Made by a program: the position numbers and the translations under genes. Below are positions 1 to 12,733 of a stretch of DNA of 64,000 bases, in pieces. How positions within the stretch are numbered: position 1 is the first letter of the stretch; every line of letters starts with the position of its first letter. The notes beneath the pieces were generated by a model. It saw nothing but the letters and a program-made list of their open reading frames with translations, ran no database searches and was not told the DNA's origin. This DNA comes from Cyanophora paradoxa CCMP329 (taxonomy: Eukaryota > Plantae > Glaucophyta), in assembly GCA_004431415.1 (NCBI GenBank), contig QPMI01000054.1, forward strand, positions 248,001-312,000. The letters run 5' to 3'.

Positions 1-30
1 CTATGTCATGAAGCCTTGAAGATTACATGA

Positions 31-562
31 TCATGAACAGGTAATTATATAATTATTAGTGCTCGGGGCAACAGTCACCACGTAAACCGCATGCCGGTCT
101 AGATCTTCAGCGAAGATTTCGCGATCGGCGGCGGTGGTGGCATCCAGATGCAGAAGCTTAAGATTGCACATGTTGCCAAGATCTAGACGGGCGAGGCGGA
201 GGGCGTAGGCGACCGTGACCAGGCTGTGCTCGCCCCTCTTCGCGACGGATTCGTACAGCTCTCCCTGCGCGCTAATTTAATAATATTGTCGATGATCCGG
301 AGGCCGGGCCAGGCCTCGTGCAAGCAGAGGATTCACTGACCTGCCACTTGACCCTGTATGCCTCACTCTGGGTTTCAGGGATCCGCACCGTTTCCAGGTG
401 TTCGAGGAAGGAGTTGCAAAAGCGGGCCGTGCGCGTCGCTTGCGCGGCTGGAGAGAGCGCCTCCTCGCACTGCCGGCACGCGCATCGGTACTCCGCGTCC
501 CGGTTCGACGGCGCCGGCGGAGGGGCATCTCCGCGCTGCTTCTGCTCCAGCGCTGCAGCCAT
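31..562 (-). CDS. hypothetical spliced protein (5' end uncertain)
   Basis: Exon MAAALEQKQ...YRVKWQ, then a GT..AG intron, then an in-frame exon 264-31 (GELYESVAKRGEH...ITCS*). No recognisable domain. Confidence 0.35.
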
Positions 563-1114
563 CTGTGCGCAGGCTGCGGCCGGCGTGAGGGCCGGACCGG
601 AGCTGTCAATGCTTGTGTGCGCGTGGTTGCGGCCGGCACCGACCACGGTCTAAGGCTAGCTATAGCTGGAATTCGAAGCGCTGGTGCCCTTCACTCCAGT
701 AACTGCCACGGTGCAGCCGATAGCTTTTCACGTTCCAGCGGCCGCAATCGAGCTCCTTGAGCTCGCTTGAGCCTCTGATCGCACTGCCGCTGGCCGTGAC
801 GCAGTGCCGCTACAGGGAGAGCCTCCGATCGACGATCGTCGATCGCTGCTGGTTGGGTACGAGCGATTCGGCGGGGTACGCCCGACTCCGCGCGTTTCGA
901 ATTGGCGACTAGGCCAGGCCTCCCGCATCACCGCGCCATCGTTTCAGCGCACCTAAAGGACACGAGTGACGTGCTGCAGCTCAGCGGGAGGTCCTCATCA
1001 GAACACGAGCTAGCTGCGGCTGGTGCGCGACAGGATCAAGTCACGCGCGCGCTAGCTACGCCCGAAAGAGTGATCCGACGACCGCAGGGAGGGCAGCGCG
1101 AGCTACGCTAGGCA

Positions 1115-3615
1115 ATGCCGCCGCCGCTTGTTCAAGTTGCGGGCGCGTTCAAGTCGCTCTCGCACCTGTCGCTGCACGAGGCCCTCGATGACGCCAAGGA
1201 GCGCATCCAGAAGGCGCGCCTCGCCTCGCCTGGGCCCTGCCTTTCGAATAGCTGAGACACTCGCCGCAGCTCGAGCGGGAGAACAAGCTGCTGGGGCAGG
1301 TCGTCGAGGAGCTCCGCGCCTCGAAGCAGAAGCAGGTGACGCCGCGCGGCTCGGAGCCGGCGCCGCGCCCGCCGCCGAGCGCGGCGGCCCGCGCAGGTGG
1401 AGGAGCTGGAGGCGGTGCGGCGGCAGGCGGGGGACGCCCTCGCGGAGCGCGACCTGATGAAGCTCGCCAACGACGAGCTCGAGAAGCGCACGAAGAAGCT
1501 CCAGAAGGAGCTCAGGCGCCCCCGCCGCCCTCCCCCAGCCGCCCGCCCCGCCGCCGGGCTCCTTCGCTGAGCCGCGCCCCCGGGCCGCGCAGCGAGACGC
1601 ACGCGACGCAGTTCCTGTCGACGGGCGCGATCAGCGCGGTCGAGGGCGAGCGCACGCGCCTCGCCGCCCGCACCGCCGAGCTCGAGGTGCGGCCCCGCAG
1701 GCGCCGGCGGGGCGGGCGGGCGGGCGGCTCAGGGGCGGCAGAGCCTGGCGCTGGACCTGGCGAACCAGCTGGAGTCGGCCAAGTCGCGGCGGGCGCTGGA
1801 GCAGGAGCTGGAGGGGAAGACGCGGCGGGAGCTGGAGCAGCAGCTCGAGCGGGCGCAGGCGCGCGCCCGCCGGCTGGAGGGCGACCTCAAGAAGGAGGAG
1901 CGCGCCCGCGCCGACGCCGACGCCGCCCTCGAGAAGGAGCGCGCCCTGCTGCGCGGCGTCCGGGTGCGGCGGGCGGCGCGCCGCGCGTACCCCCGCCCCG
2001 CCCCGCCTGAGGGGGTACACGCGCGGCAGACCGAGGCGGAGGGCGAAGTGCAGCGCACCCTGCAGGACGCCGCCAACACCATCAGCGTGCTCGGCAAGGT
2101 CCGGGGCCCTGTACCCCCCCTCCGCCCGCCCCTGCGAACCCGGTACCCAGAGCGAGGGCCTGCTGCGGCGGAAGCTCGCGAGGGCCCTCGAGCAGGTCCG
2201 AACGGCCACGCACCTCCAGAAGGAGCAGGGTTCGTCCTCCGCGGGATCCCCTCGGCCCCTCCCTCTCCCTCCCTCCCGCCGGGCTGACGGGCCGGCTCGG
2301 GCGCAGCGGCGCGGGCGGCGGGGCTGGAGGCGCGCCTCTCCGAAGCGCTGAAGCGCTCCCAGCTGCAGGCGACCTCCCTCCAGCGCCTCGAGCTGTCCGC
2401 CCGTACCCACCCCGGGGCCCCCCGCCCCCGCGCGCCTCACTCCCGAGCCCAGGGCGGGGTCGTCGCTGCGGGGGGAGGTGCGGCGGCTCCAGGAGGAGCT
2501 GCTCGACGCCCGCACCGCCGCCCGCATGCAGGCCCGCGCCCTCGCCCCGCCCCGCCCCCGTCCCCGCCCCCGCCCCGCCCCTCACTTCCCCCGCAGTTCA
2601 TGAAGCGCGCGATCGACGCGGTGAAGGCCCGGCTCGACGCCGGCGCGCGCGGCGCCGGCGGCGGGGCGGGGGCCCCCGACAACGGCCCCGAGCGCGAGCT
2701 TACCTCCTCCGTCTTCCTCGTGCGTCCGGGGCCCGTACCCCTACCCCGCCCCGCCGCGTACCCCTGACTTATTCCCCCCGCCAGCTGGAGGCGGAGCACG
2801 AGAAGGAGGCGTCGCGCACCCTCGCAGCCCGCCTGCAGGCGCGGCGCCCTCTCGCATCCCGTACCCCCCTACCTTCCGCTCACGTACCTCCCTCCCGCAG
2901 GAGGCGGCGCGGGAGGAGGACCGCCTGAGGGAGGCCCTCGCGGCCTCGCAGGCCTCCGAGACCGCCGGTACCCCCCGCCCGCCCGCCCTTGATCGCCTGT
3001 ACCCGTACCGCCGGTCCCTGAGCGCGCCGCCAGCGCTGCGGGAGGCGGCGGACGCAGCGGCGCGGGCGGGCGACGCGGAGGCCGCGCTGGCGTCGGCGCT
3101 CGCGGGGGCGGAGGAGGCTGAGGAGGGGCGCCTCGCCCTCGAGCGCGAGGCCCGTACCCCGGCCCGCCCTCGCGCCTTCTCCCCCCCTCTGATCCGGGCC
3201 GCGCAGCTGCAGCACATGACGTCGCTGCTGGCGGAGCGGGCGGAGGTGCGGGCCCAGCGGGGGGCGAGACGCGCGCAGGGGCCGGGCGACCCCTCTTTTG
3301 CCCCCGCGCCGGCCGCGCCGGCCCCGGGTCGGGGCGCGGCTCGGCGGGTCCGTCGTCGCCGAGCGAGGGGGAGCGGTCGCGGGGCAGCAGCGGCGTGCGG
3401 AGCGGGGGAGCACGCCGCGGAGCGGGGCCGGCCCCGACGCCTCCCGCGCCTCGGCCGCCTCCTCCGCCTCCCGCTCGGGCGCCGACCTCTCCCGCTCCAG
3501 CGCCGGCGGCAGCAGCGCCGGCGGGCGCCCGCCGCTCCCGGACCCGCACTCGCCGCCCCGCCTCGGGCCCCTGCTCCGGGGTACCATCTTCGAGGGGCTC
3601 CGCGGGGGCAGGTAG
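1115..3615 (+). CDS. multi-exon coiled-coil protein
   Basis: ATG at 1115. Heptad-rich exons (LDDAKERIQK|LERENKLLGQVVEELR; ELEQQLERAQARARRLEGDLKKEERAR) are joined by short GT-AG and GC-AG introns. TAG ends at 3615. Confidence 0.7.
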
Positions 3616-4651
3616 CTTGCTGGCTGCGGGGGCCCCGGTCGCGCCCGCTCCCGAGTGTCGGTTTCCGACGCTGTTAGGCTTCTATGCTTGGTAAATGCAG
3701 AAAACTTGGGTGTAAGCAGGGGGCACAGGGGGTGCAGGTGGAAGCGACAGGGGTACAGGTCGCAGATGAGGCGATCTGGGGGCGAACAAGCAGAGGTCGT
3801 CATATGCATGCTTTCAAAGGCTAGCTAGTACTGCGATAGCCGGCAGCTGCAGAGGGTGCACGTCGACGTCGCGGGTGCAGTTGAAACCCGGCCCCAAGTC
3901 CTCAAGAACCCCTCGCCATGGGCCCGGCCCCCACAACCACGGGAGCCCCTGGCCCATTGCGTTCCACGGCGAATTATCAGAAGGATTGCGGAGCCCCCAT
4001 TGCGTACCATCGCGTTGGGCCTTCAAAAACTTGCTCCCCCTTCACCCCCCTGGCCCTCCCCTGGCCGCCGGGCGCCGGGCGCGGGGCGCCCCCGACCCGG
4101 CACACCCCTCACGCAGGGCCTGGTCCGCCGATGCCATCTCCCTCTAGCTTTATTATAATTATTTCCTCCCTGGAAACGTTGCGCGCTATGCATGTATACG
4201 TATACGTATATATACGTATACGTAGCAGCGCGCGCTTGCACGTGGGGAGGGGGGGAGAGGGGCCGGGGACAGGGGGGAGGGAGGGCGGGGGTGGCGGCGA
4301 GCATTTAATTCCTCTCTCTTTCTCTCCTTGCCCCTCTCAAGCTTTTCCTCTAGATCTGCTCCTCTCATCCGTCGACGTCTCACTTAAAATTCTCATTCCG
4401 GGCGCCCGGCGAAGGATCCCCGGGTCGATATCGCATTCCGTGCGGCGCGTGAATCGAAGTTTCAGGCTTATATTATTTGATTTATTGCACCTGCCGGCCG
4501 CCGCGCCGATTCCCGGCCGCACGCTGATTGACCATTCACCGCGCATGCGCAGGCCCGCCATTCCGGGCCGCGCGCGACAGCGTTCACACGTTCACACCTT
4601 CACGAGCCGAGTTTTCGGTTAGAATTAATATTTGGCTCCTTTCGGACGGAC

Positions 4652-7600
4652 ATGGCATCGGGCGATCCAAATGGTGAGCGTTCGCTCGATCTAGATCGCC
4701 TGGCCTTGGATATCGCCGTCGGCGTCGTTAAAGTGTATGATCATGCATTTAAATTTGCTGCATGCGCATGCGCAGCTGCGGCCACGGCGACAGTTCGCAT
4801 TCGAGCGAGGAGGTGCGTCCTGGAGCGCCAAATTTATCAAATCATGCAATTGGTTCAATTCGATACCGATTCCGATCCGTGCAGCCAGGAGCGGCTGCAG
4901 CCGTACGCCAAAAATATTCTCGAAATGGCGCGGAAGTATGGAAACGTGTCTGAGGTCTGCGGATGTCTCTTTTCGATCGCCTCGAGCTCCGTCCCAGAAC
5001 AAACCAGGGCCGCATATGTGCGCAGTTCAACGTTGACGACAACAGCAACCAGGTTGTCGTCCAGTTCATCGGCGATTGACGCGAGCCGCTTCTGCGAAGC
5101 CGTAAATCTTGAAATTGGACGTCCATCCCAAGCCCTGCGTCCTCCATCGTCGACGTCTTCACAGGTACGGGTATCCATATGCCCTCGAGCTCCACCGCTC
5201 CGCTCGAACATGTACACCTCGACCTCCGCCGCCGCCCCGCTGCAGCTGACACGCTGCACCCTTGCAGGGGCATGCAGCTGCAGACCAGCAGGATCGCGAG
5301 TTGAGAACATCTCTTTCGAGTTCTCACGCGACCTCCGCCGTGGGCCCCGCCTCCGGCAGTCTTTCTGGCGCCGCTCCTCGCGGGCCCGCGGCCGGGGCTG
5401 CGGCGACGGTGGCGGGCCCTCCGGCGCCCTCCGCCGTGGGCCCCGCCTCCGGCAGTCTTTCTGGCACCGCGTCTCGCGGGCCCGCGGCCGGGGTTAACGT
5501 TGTGCATACGGCGCCAGTGACGGGCCCTCCCGGGACCGTACGCGTGTTTTCTGCAAAAGTGGACGTCTCATCGGGCCCTCCCGCGACCGCCGCCGTGGGC
5601 CCCGCCTCCGGCCCAAAAGCCCCTGCGCATGTGCACGTGGGCCGTTTTCTTGGCAACGTTCCTGCAGCTGGTGCCGTTCCGTGCAGTGCCTCGCGGCCGG
5701 GTCCTCCCCGGGCCATGGGCGCAGATCCCTACCCCGGACCCCTTGCAATCGGCGCGACCCCTGTGTCGAACCCCGGTACATGTCACACCTTCGGCACTCA
5801 AAATCATTCCGGTTCGATCGATTGAATCTCGATCTTCTATAAATAATTATACCTATTTGTGCGAACAGCTGTAGATGTGAGGAACTCTGCTCTAGATCCT
5901 CCTTTAACATCACAAGCGAACCCTTCATACGCGCGGGCGTTGCAAGTGTCCAGTGGCCGCGCGCTTGAATAGCGTCCAAGTGTATGAAGTGCGTGTATTC
6001 TCTTCTTGGAAATTGATATGCCTGCACAATTAAATCGTGTTTAACTCTAGATCCAATTAAAGATCTGATGTTTCTTTCCGGCGCAGAGCGGGTCGCGATC
6101 GCTGCTTGCAGTTGAAGGATACGTGCACGCCGAATATGCTCAATGTACCTCGAGATTCCGACTCTAGGCCTACCTAGACCCCGACCTGGTTCCCTGATTG
6201 TGATCGCTGGCCACAGATACCAACATGCTTCCTCTCTCGGCGCTCGATCAGCTTGCATCGTCTCCTGCAGTGTCGTCGACGTCCCATGGCCAGCTCGCGG
6301 AGCCTCGAGTTCCTTCGGTGCTCACTCATGATCAGCCCGTCTCGCCTCCTGCCTCGTTGGTCCAGCCCGCGGTGCCTCGCGATCGATTGGCGTCCGCTCA
6401 GCCTGTAGCTGAGCCGCCGCTCTCGAGCTCGACCGCGAGCGCGTTTCCCGCGATTTCAGCCCATGGCCAGTCTTTGGCGCCTAAATTAGATTCAGAAAAC
6501 GCCGACCAAGTTCAAGAGCGAGTTTCGGCAACGTTAACGCGTCTTCGAAGCTCGGACAAAGGTACCTTCCTGCTGCTGCTCCAGGCGAAAATAGGTTTTG
6601 CGATCGAGCCAGTTTATATGTATGATCGGCATTGATCGCCGGAAGATAATTTTATAATTAACGGTAACATATGCATCGACCCCGGACTCGACGATGTCCA
6701 TTCGAAATTCCCACTTGCATCTCCGCCGCCTGGCGGTAACCAGGGTTCTAATTGATATTTAAATATTAATACTTATTAAAACATAGGGAACATGAATACT
6801 GATAATTACAAAAAATTCATTGCACGTCTAGAATCAGGGGTTCGCAAGCAAGGGTCTTCGGCTTCAATCGCGCCTTCTGCTGGTACTTCTCCTTGGCCTG
6901 ACATCTTTAAAATAATCTCTCGTGGATTCGAATTCAAAAGGTTCAGCTGCAGGTTCACGTGGAACGGGAAACATGCCCAGCGACCGCATTCGGGACCAGC
7001 CGTCGGGGGAAACCTCGGAGAAGAAGCGGAAAGATGACCGCGAACACTCCTCGGGTGATAGTACGTCGTCGCGACAGCCAACTCCTCGAGCGCGTGCGAT
7101 AGCTCGCGTTGCCAATGCTCGAGATTAAAACTGCAGCCGTATATATACGTGTACCTACGATAAACAGCAGTACTAGTCTATATCTGGTGATAGTACGTAT
7201 ACGTCGTCACGAAAATTAAACTTCATGGGATAGCTCGCATCGCCAATTTATACTCGCATTACCAATGCTCGAGATTAAAACCGATGCGCAGCCCCGGGCT
7301 CGACAGAATCGAAGCGGCCGCGGCCTAACGTGTGCAGCACTGGCAGCAAGACTTCAAGTGCGTGAACCCTGGTGACCGGAAATTCGTAGCTATATAGGAA
7401 CGCCAATACCGGCCCAGGCGGCAAGCTTTGGACGGAAGAGGAACTGGAAGAACTGATAAAAGTAATGAACAAGAACAGAGCGCTGGCAGCCTGGAACGTT
7501 TTTCTAAATTCATTTGAGGACGACGAGCATTATAAACAGGTGCAGCTAACAGTCGCTTTAGGGCCTCCGTTGTAACCGTCGAACAGGTTTTCGCTCAACG

Positions 7601-8637
7601 GAGCAAGGAAAGCCTCGGAGAAGTGCGTGACGAGTTTTTCAAGAAAAGCTGGGGCGCATGCGCAAATGGCGTGGCCATGGTACGCCCTCAAGCTTTATTT
7701 GCTTTGAAACATATAATTGCTTACCTACATATAAAAAAACGCAAGCGATTTCAGCTAAAGACGCATCCCAAAGAGGGTCAAGGCGACAAGGTGCGGTGAA
7801 TGCAGCTTTAAATTCATTTCGAAAACTCCGAATGATATTAAATATTGCGCATGCGGATTGTCATATGCATGCGCGCACAGAAATTTCTGGTCTGGACGGA
7901 AGAAGAGGTGGACGCCCTCAAGGATGCGATTAGTGAGTTCAGCACGCCAGAGGAGTGGAACTTCTTTCTGAACAGCTACCCGAAACTCCCCAGATACGGC
8001 GAAGTGCGCACCATGCATATGGCATCTATGTAGATATAAAAACATCGAAGCGTTCTCATCGCCGCGTATGTTTGCTTGTGCACGCGCAGGTCTTCTCTAA
8101 GCGAAGCCCGAGTGGCATCTACAACAAACGCGCGAGCCTCGAAAAGAGCGACGATCAGCATCGCGGTGCCGGTCCTACATTCGGCCCCGCCTGGTCTCCT
8201 GGAGAGGAAGAAGCACTCAGGGACGCAATAGACGAGTTCAGCACTCCAGAGCAGTGGACCTACTTTCTGGGCAGCTACAAAAACCTCCACAGATACGGTG
8301 AAGTGCGCAGTTTGTATTTGCAATTGGATTAATGCACTTGCACATGCAGCTTCATCGCGGGCGTATTGAATTATTGCGTGTGCAGGTCTTTTCTAGGCGG
8401 AGCAAAAGTAGCATCTACAACAAACGCGTGAGCCTCGAGGCTCGGGCTCGAAAATCGGCGCAGAAAGCGACCCCAGCGGCACCGGCAGCCTCGAGCCCTT
8501 TTGGCGCGAGCCCGCAATTGTCTCAAAAGCCACCGGCAGCCCCGCCGTCCTCTGCCCCGCCGCCGGCCCATGGCCACAGCCAGCCGGAGCGGCGACTGAA
8601 ATCGGCCCGCGTGCGTGCTCGCATTTATTTAATTTGA
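4652..8637 (+). CDS. putative RRM-like plus three TRF/telobox-like Myb (SANT) domain protein, possibly degenerate
   Basis: RRM-like EMARKYGNVSE|FNVDDNSNQVVVQF..AIDASRFCEAVN with a frameshift near 5066. Three W(T/S)xxExxxL...W..FL.S......|VF..RS repeats start near 7428, 7888 and 8191, each with an intron at the same position. Confidence 0.5.
5330..5495 (+). repeat. internal tandem duplication (~95-100 bp units) with further partial copies to ~5610
   Basis: ctccgccgtgggccccgcctccggcagtctttctggc...tcgcgggcccgcggccgggg occurs twice. Confidence 0.8.
7054..7290 (+). repeat. decayed intronic tandem duplication
   Basis: ggtgatagtacgt...gatagctcgc...ccaatgctcgagattaaaac occurs at 7054 and again at 7186. 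Confidence 0.7.
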
Positions 8638-8959
8638 TTCAGGGCGATTCGACCGCCATTGATATTCTACGTCGAAAATTCGCATGTGCATTTGTGAGGG
8701 CGATTAATATAAATATTCGACCGCCATTCTACGTCAAGGCTAAATTTGATTTGCGCTGAGAATATAAATAATAGTGCCCGGCGGGGATTCTCCTTCGAAC
8801 TCGGAAGTCGCCGGCGCCGCAGATGATCGAAGAAGTGACGGCGTGGGCCCGAGGGGTGGACGAGCTGACTGATCGCGCCGCGGCTGCGGTGAGGGCTGCG
8901 CTCCGCAAGCCGCACTCACAGCTGCAGCGCCCGTAACCCGCCGCGGCCGTGCACCTGCA

Positions 8960-9730
8960 GGAGGCGCGGGCCGAGCAGCTCGCCGGATCCTTGCGGGAGG
9001 TGCGAGCTCGGTGGATTTAATATAAATATTCGTAATCAGGCTTGAGCTCCGGATCCGCTGCGCGCGAGGCGCAGGTCGAGGCGGCGAGCGGGCAGCTCAA
9101 TGCGAAAAACGACGAACTGGAGCAGCAGCTCGGCGCCGCGCAGCAGGAGATGGCCGAGCTGCGGGCCGGCACCGAGCGGCTCCCGCAGCTAGAGCAGGCC
9201 AACCAGCTGCTGGAGCAGGAGAACGGCGATCTGAAGGAGACGGAGAAGCGGCTGTTCGCGCGGACCAGCAGCCTCAAGCGGGAGGCGGAGGAGCGGACAT
9301 CGGAGCTCCAGCGCGACAACTGCCGCCTTTGCGAGCGGAACCGCGAGCTCGAAGCCGTGAAATCCCGTGCGGTGCGCGCGCCCTTCCCCTGCCCCAGCTG
9401 CAGTCACCGTATGCATCTGGATAAGTTCAAAGCTGACGTCGAAGGGCTCGGCCGTGGGGACGCCGGAAGCTGAGCTCCAGGCCGCGCAGCAGGCGCGGGC
9501 TGCAGCTGAACGGGAGGTGGGGCTGAATAATTTCAATCGAATGTTTATTTGCGTGCTCTGAGACCAAGCCGCCGTGGGCGTTCTTCAGGCGGCGGAACTG
9601 CGCGCCCAGCAGAATGACCTGCGCAGGCGAGACGATGTCTTCCGCAGCTCTTGCAGACATGCATATGCAATTTATATTCCCGGCCTTCTTTAATAATTTC
9701 CGCGACGCACCCGCGCGCAGGAACATGCTG
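8960..9730 (+). CDS. coiled-coil exons (possibly the 3' part of the Myb gene)
   Basis: KNDELEQQLGAAQQEMAELR...LEQENGDLKETEKRLF...LKREAEERTSELQRDN. Confidence 0.4.
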
Positions 9731-10459
9731 AAAATGCTGCGCGCCCGTCCGGAAGATCCGGATCCAGAATTTAAATAGAGGATGTGATCGCGTCCATATA
9801 TATATCGTGCGAAGTTTTGAGGCGCACAATCGATCGCGATTTTCTGCGCCTTTAATTTAATTTCATGCACGACCAGGTCGCAGTCGACTTCGGCCGGCGC
9901 CAGGATCGACGTGCACGTGCACGGTCGGCGACGTCGGCCCACCGGAACCCATGCTCGCGAAATATGCCTGGCATCGCGGCGGGGATCGATATCGCGACTT
10001 GTACAGCCACATGGATGCGCCTGCATGCTCATATTCAATTTGAAATTTGAATATGCAATAGATCAGCTAGCGCTACCGGAAGTCAATATCCCAGTCCCCG
10101 TGGGTCTGCAGCTGAAGATCTAGGGTGCCAGCTGAAGGGTGGCTAGCGCTGCACAAGGGCGAGCGGGGGAGGGGGGGGGGGGGGGGGGAGAGTGGGGCGC
10201 AGGTCTCGGAGCGCGGCGCCTCGTCATGCTGGTCGGAGCTGGACTTCGAACGGCGGCGTCGGAGCTGTCCGGAACAGTGTCAAGTGTGTGTACGAATGCA
10301 ACAGACTTTCCAAAAACAGTGATAGACCTAGAGCGCCACCGGTCCGTCCAGGGCACTCTCATGTGCATATTCACGACAAAATTTCAGCGGCACGGGCACG
10401 GCGGCTCCCGGGGGGCTATAGCTACGATTGCTAATTCACCCAATGAATAAAAGACAGTT

Positions 10460-12733
10460 CGGGGGCTACGGCGGGCGGTCTGAAAGGGAGCCGGCGGGGC
10501 TCGAGGCGCGGTACTTGCGGGCCGAGGGGGAGAAGGCGGGGGCGCCCCCGGGGCCCGGTCCGGGCCCGGCCACGGGCCCCTCGCCCCCGCCCTCCGCGAG
10601 CACGATGCCCCCACCCTCCCCCGGCCCCTCCCCCTCCCCAGGCCCCGGCCCCGGCCCCGGCTCTGGCGTCGGGACGGCGAGGCGGACGCCGCGGCTGGCG
10701 CCGGCGCGGGCGGCGGGGTGGGCCGGGGAGCCGGCCCCGCCGACGGCGCGGGGCGAGGGGAGGGCGGCGTGTTCGAGTCGTCGGGGGCGTTGGGGGCGGG
10801 TGCGGGGGCGCCGTCCTCGCGGTCGCTGGCGGCGGCCTCGAAGCCGATGCGGCGGGGGCGGGGCCGGGCGGCGGGGCGCGACGGCGAGGGCGGCTCGCGC
10901 TCCGAGGCCGCGGGGCTCTCCCGGTCCGTCCCCTCGCCCCCGATGCGCACCGCCAGCCCCACCCGCTTCCGCGGCTTCGCCCGCGCCTGCACGCCCGCGC
11001 CATTCGGATCAGAATGCGGGGTCGGGGCGGGGGCGGGTCTGGGGGCGGGGCGGCGGCGTCTGGCGGGGCGGGGCGCACGCTGCCGGGCTCGCCCTCGTCG
11101 CCGGAGGCGGCGGCGGAGCGGGAGCCGCGGCGGTGCCTGGAGCTCGGGCGGTGCTGCCCCGGCGGCCGCGGCACGTCCGACGCGCGGAACTTGCCCTGCG
11201 CCCCGCCGTGAGGGGGGGACGGGGGCTTCGCGGGCGGCCCGCGCGCACCGACTGGAGGCGCTTGACTTTGGCGAGGAAGGAGCGGTCGGGGGCGCCGCCC
11301 CCCGCCGCCCCCGCCGCCATCGCCGCCCGCATCTGCCCGAGCCCCCTCAGCAAAGCCAAGCGAGGCGAAGCCGGGCGGGGCGGAGCGGACGCGGGAGATG
11401 ACGCCGCGGGTCTCGACGACCTTCTTGAGGGCGAGCTTCCACGTCATCCGCTTCGACGCCGCCCCCGCCCCGCTGCGTGCCGCGCCCCGCCCGGCGCTGA
11501 GCCGCGGGGCGGGCGAGGGCGAGGGTTCAGGGGCGTACGCGTATTTGGGGTTCGTAGCGGGCGGCGCCGGGCGGATGTTCGTCTGCACAAAGCGTCACGG
11601 GGGCTACGGCGGGCGGTCTGAAAGGGAGCCGGCGGGGCTCGAGGCGCGGTACTTGCGGGCCGAGGGGGAGAAGGCGGGGGCGCCCCCGGGGCCCGGTCCG
11701 GGCCCGGCCACGGGCCCCTCGCCCCCGCCCTCCGCGAGCACGATGCCCCCACCCTCCCCCGGCCCCTCCCCCTCCCCAGGCCCCGGCCCCGGCCCCGGCT
11801 CTGGCGTCGGGACGGCGAGGCGGACGCCGCGGCTGGCGCCGGCGCGGGCGGCGGGGTGGGCCGGGGAGCCGGCCCCGCCGACGGCGCGGGGCGAGGGGAG
11901 GGCGGCGTGTTCGAGTCGTCGGGGGCGTTGGGGGCGGGTGCGGGGGCGCCGTCCTCGCGGTCGCTGGCGGCGGCCTCGAAGCCGATGCGGCGGGGCGGGC
12001 CGGGCGGCGGGGCGCGACGGCGAGGGCGGCTCGCGCTCCGAGGCCGCGGGGCTCTCCCGGTCCGTCCCCTCGCCCCCGATGCGCACCGCCAGCCCCACCC
12101 GCTTCCGCGGCTTCGCCCGCGCCTGCACGCCCGCGCCATTCGGATCAGAATGCGGGGGTCGGGGCGGGGGCGGGTCTGGGGGCGGGGCGGCGGCGTCTGG
12201 CGGGCGGGGCGCACGCTGCCGGGCTCGCCCTCGTCGCCGGAGGCGGCGGCGGAGCGGGAGCCGCGGCGGTGCCTGGAGCTCGGGCGGTGCTGCCCCGGCG
12301 GCCGCGGCACGTCCGACGCGCGGAACTTGCCCTGCGCCCCGCCGTGAGGGGGGACGGGGGCTTCGCGGGCGGCCCGCGCGCACCGACTGGAGGCGCTTGA
12401 CTTTGGCGAGGAAGGAGCGGTCGGGGGCGCCGCCCCCGCCGCCCCCGCCGCCATCGCCGCCCGCATCTGCCCGAGCCCCCTCAGCAAAGCCAAGCGAGGC
12501 GAAGCCGGGCGGGGCGGAGCGGACGCGGGAGATGACGCCGCGGGTCTCGACGACCTTCTTGAGGGCGAGCTTCCACGTCATCCGCTTCGACGCCGCCCCC
12601 GCCCCGCTGCGTGCCGCGCCCCGCCCGGCGCTGAGCCGCGGGGCGGGCGAGGGCGAGGGTTCAGGGGCGTACGCGTATTTGGGGTTCGTAGCGGGCGGCG
12701 CCGGGCGGATGTTCGTCTGCACAAAGCGTCACG
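10460..12733. repeat. near-identical 1138-bp tandem duplication of the K+ channel terminal exons
   Basis: Copies begin with cgggggctacggcgggcgg at 10460 and 11598. The differences I found are G/C homopolymer indels. Confidence 0.9.
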
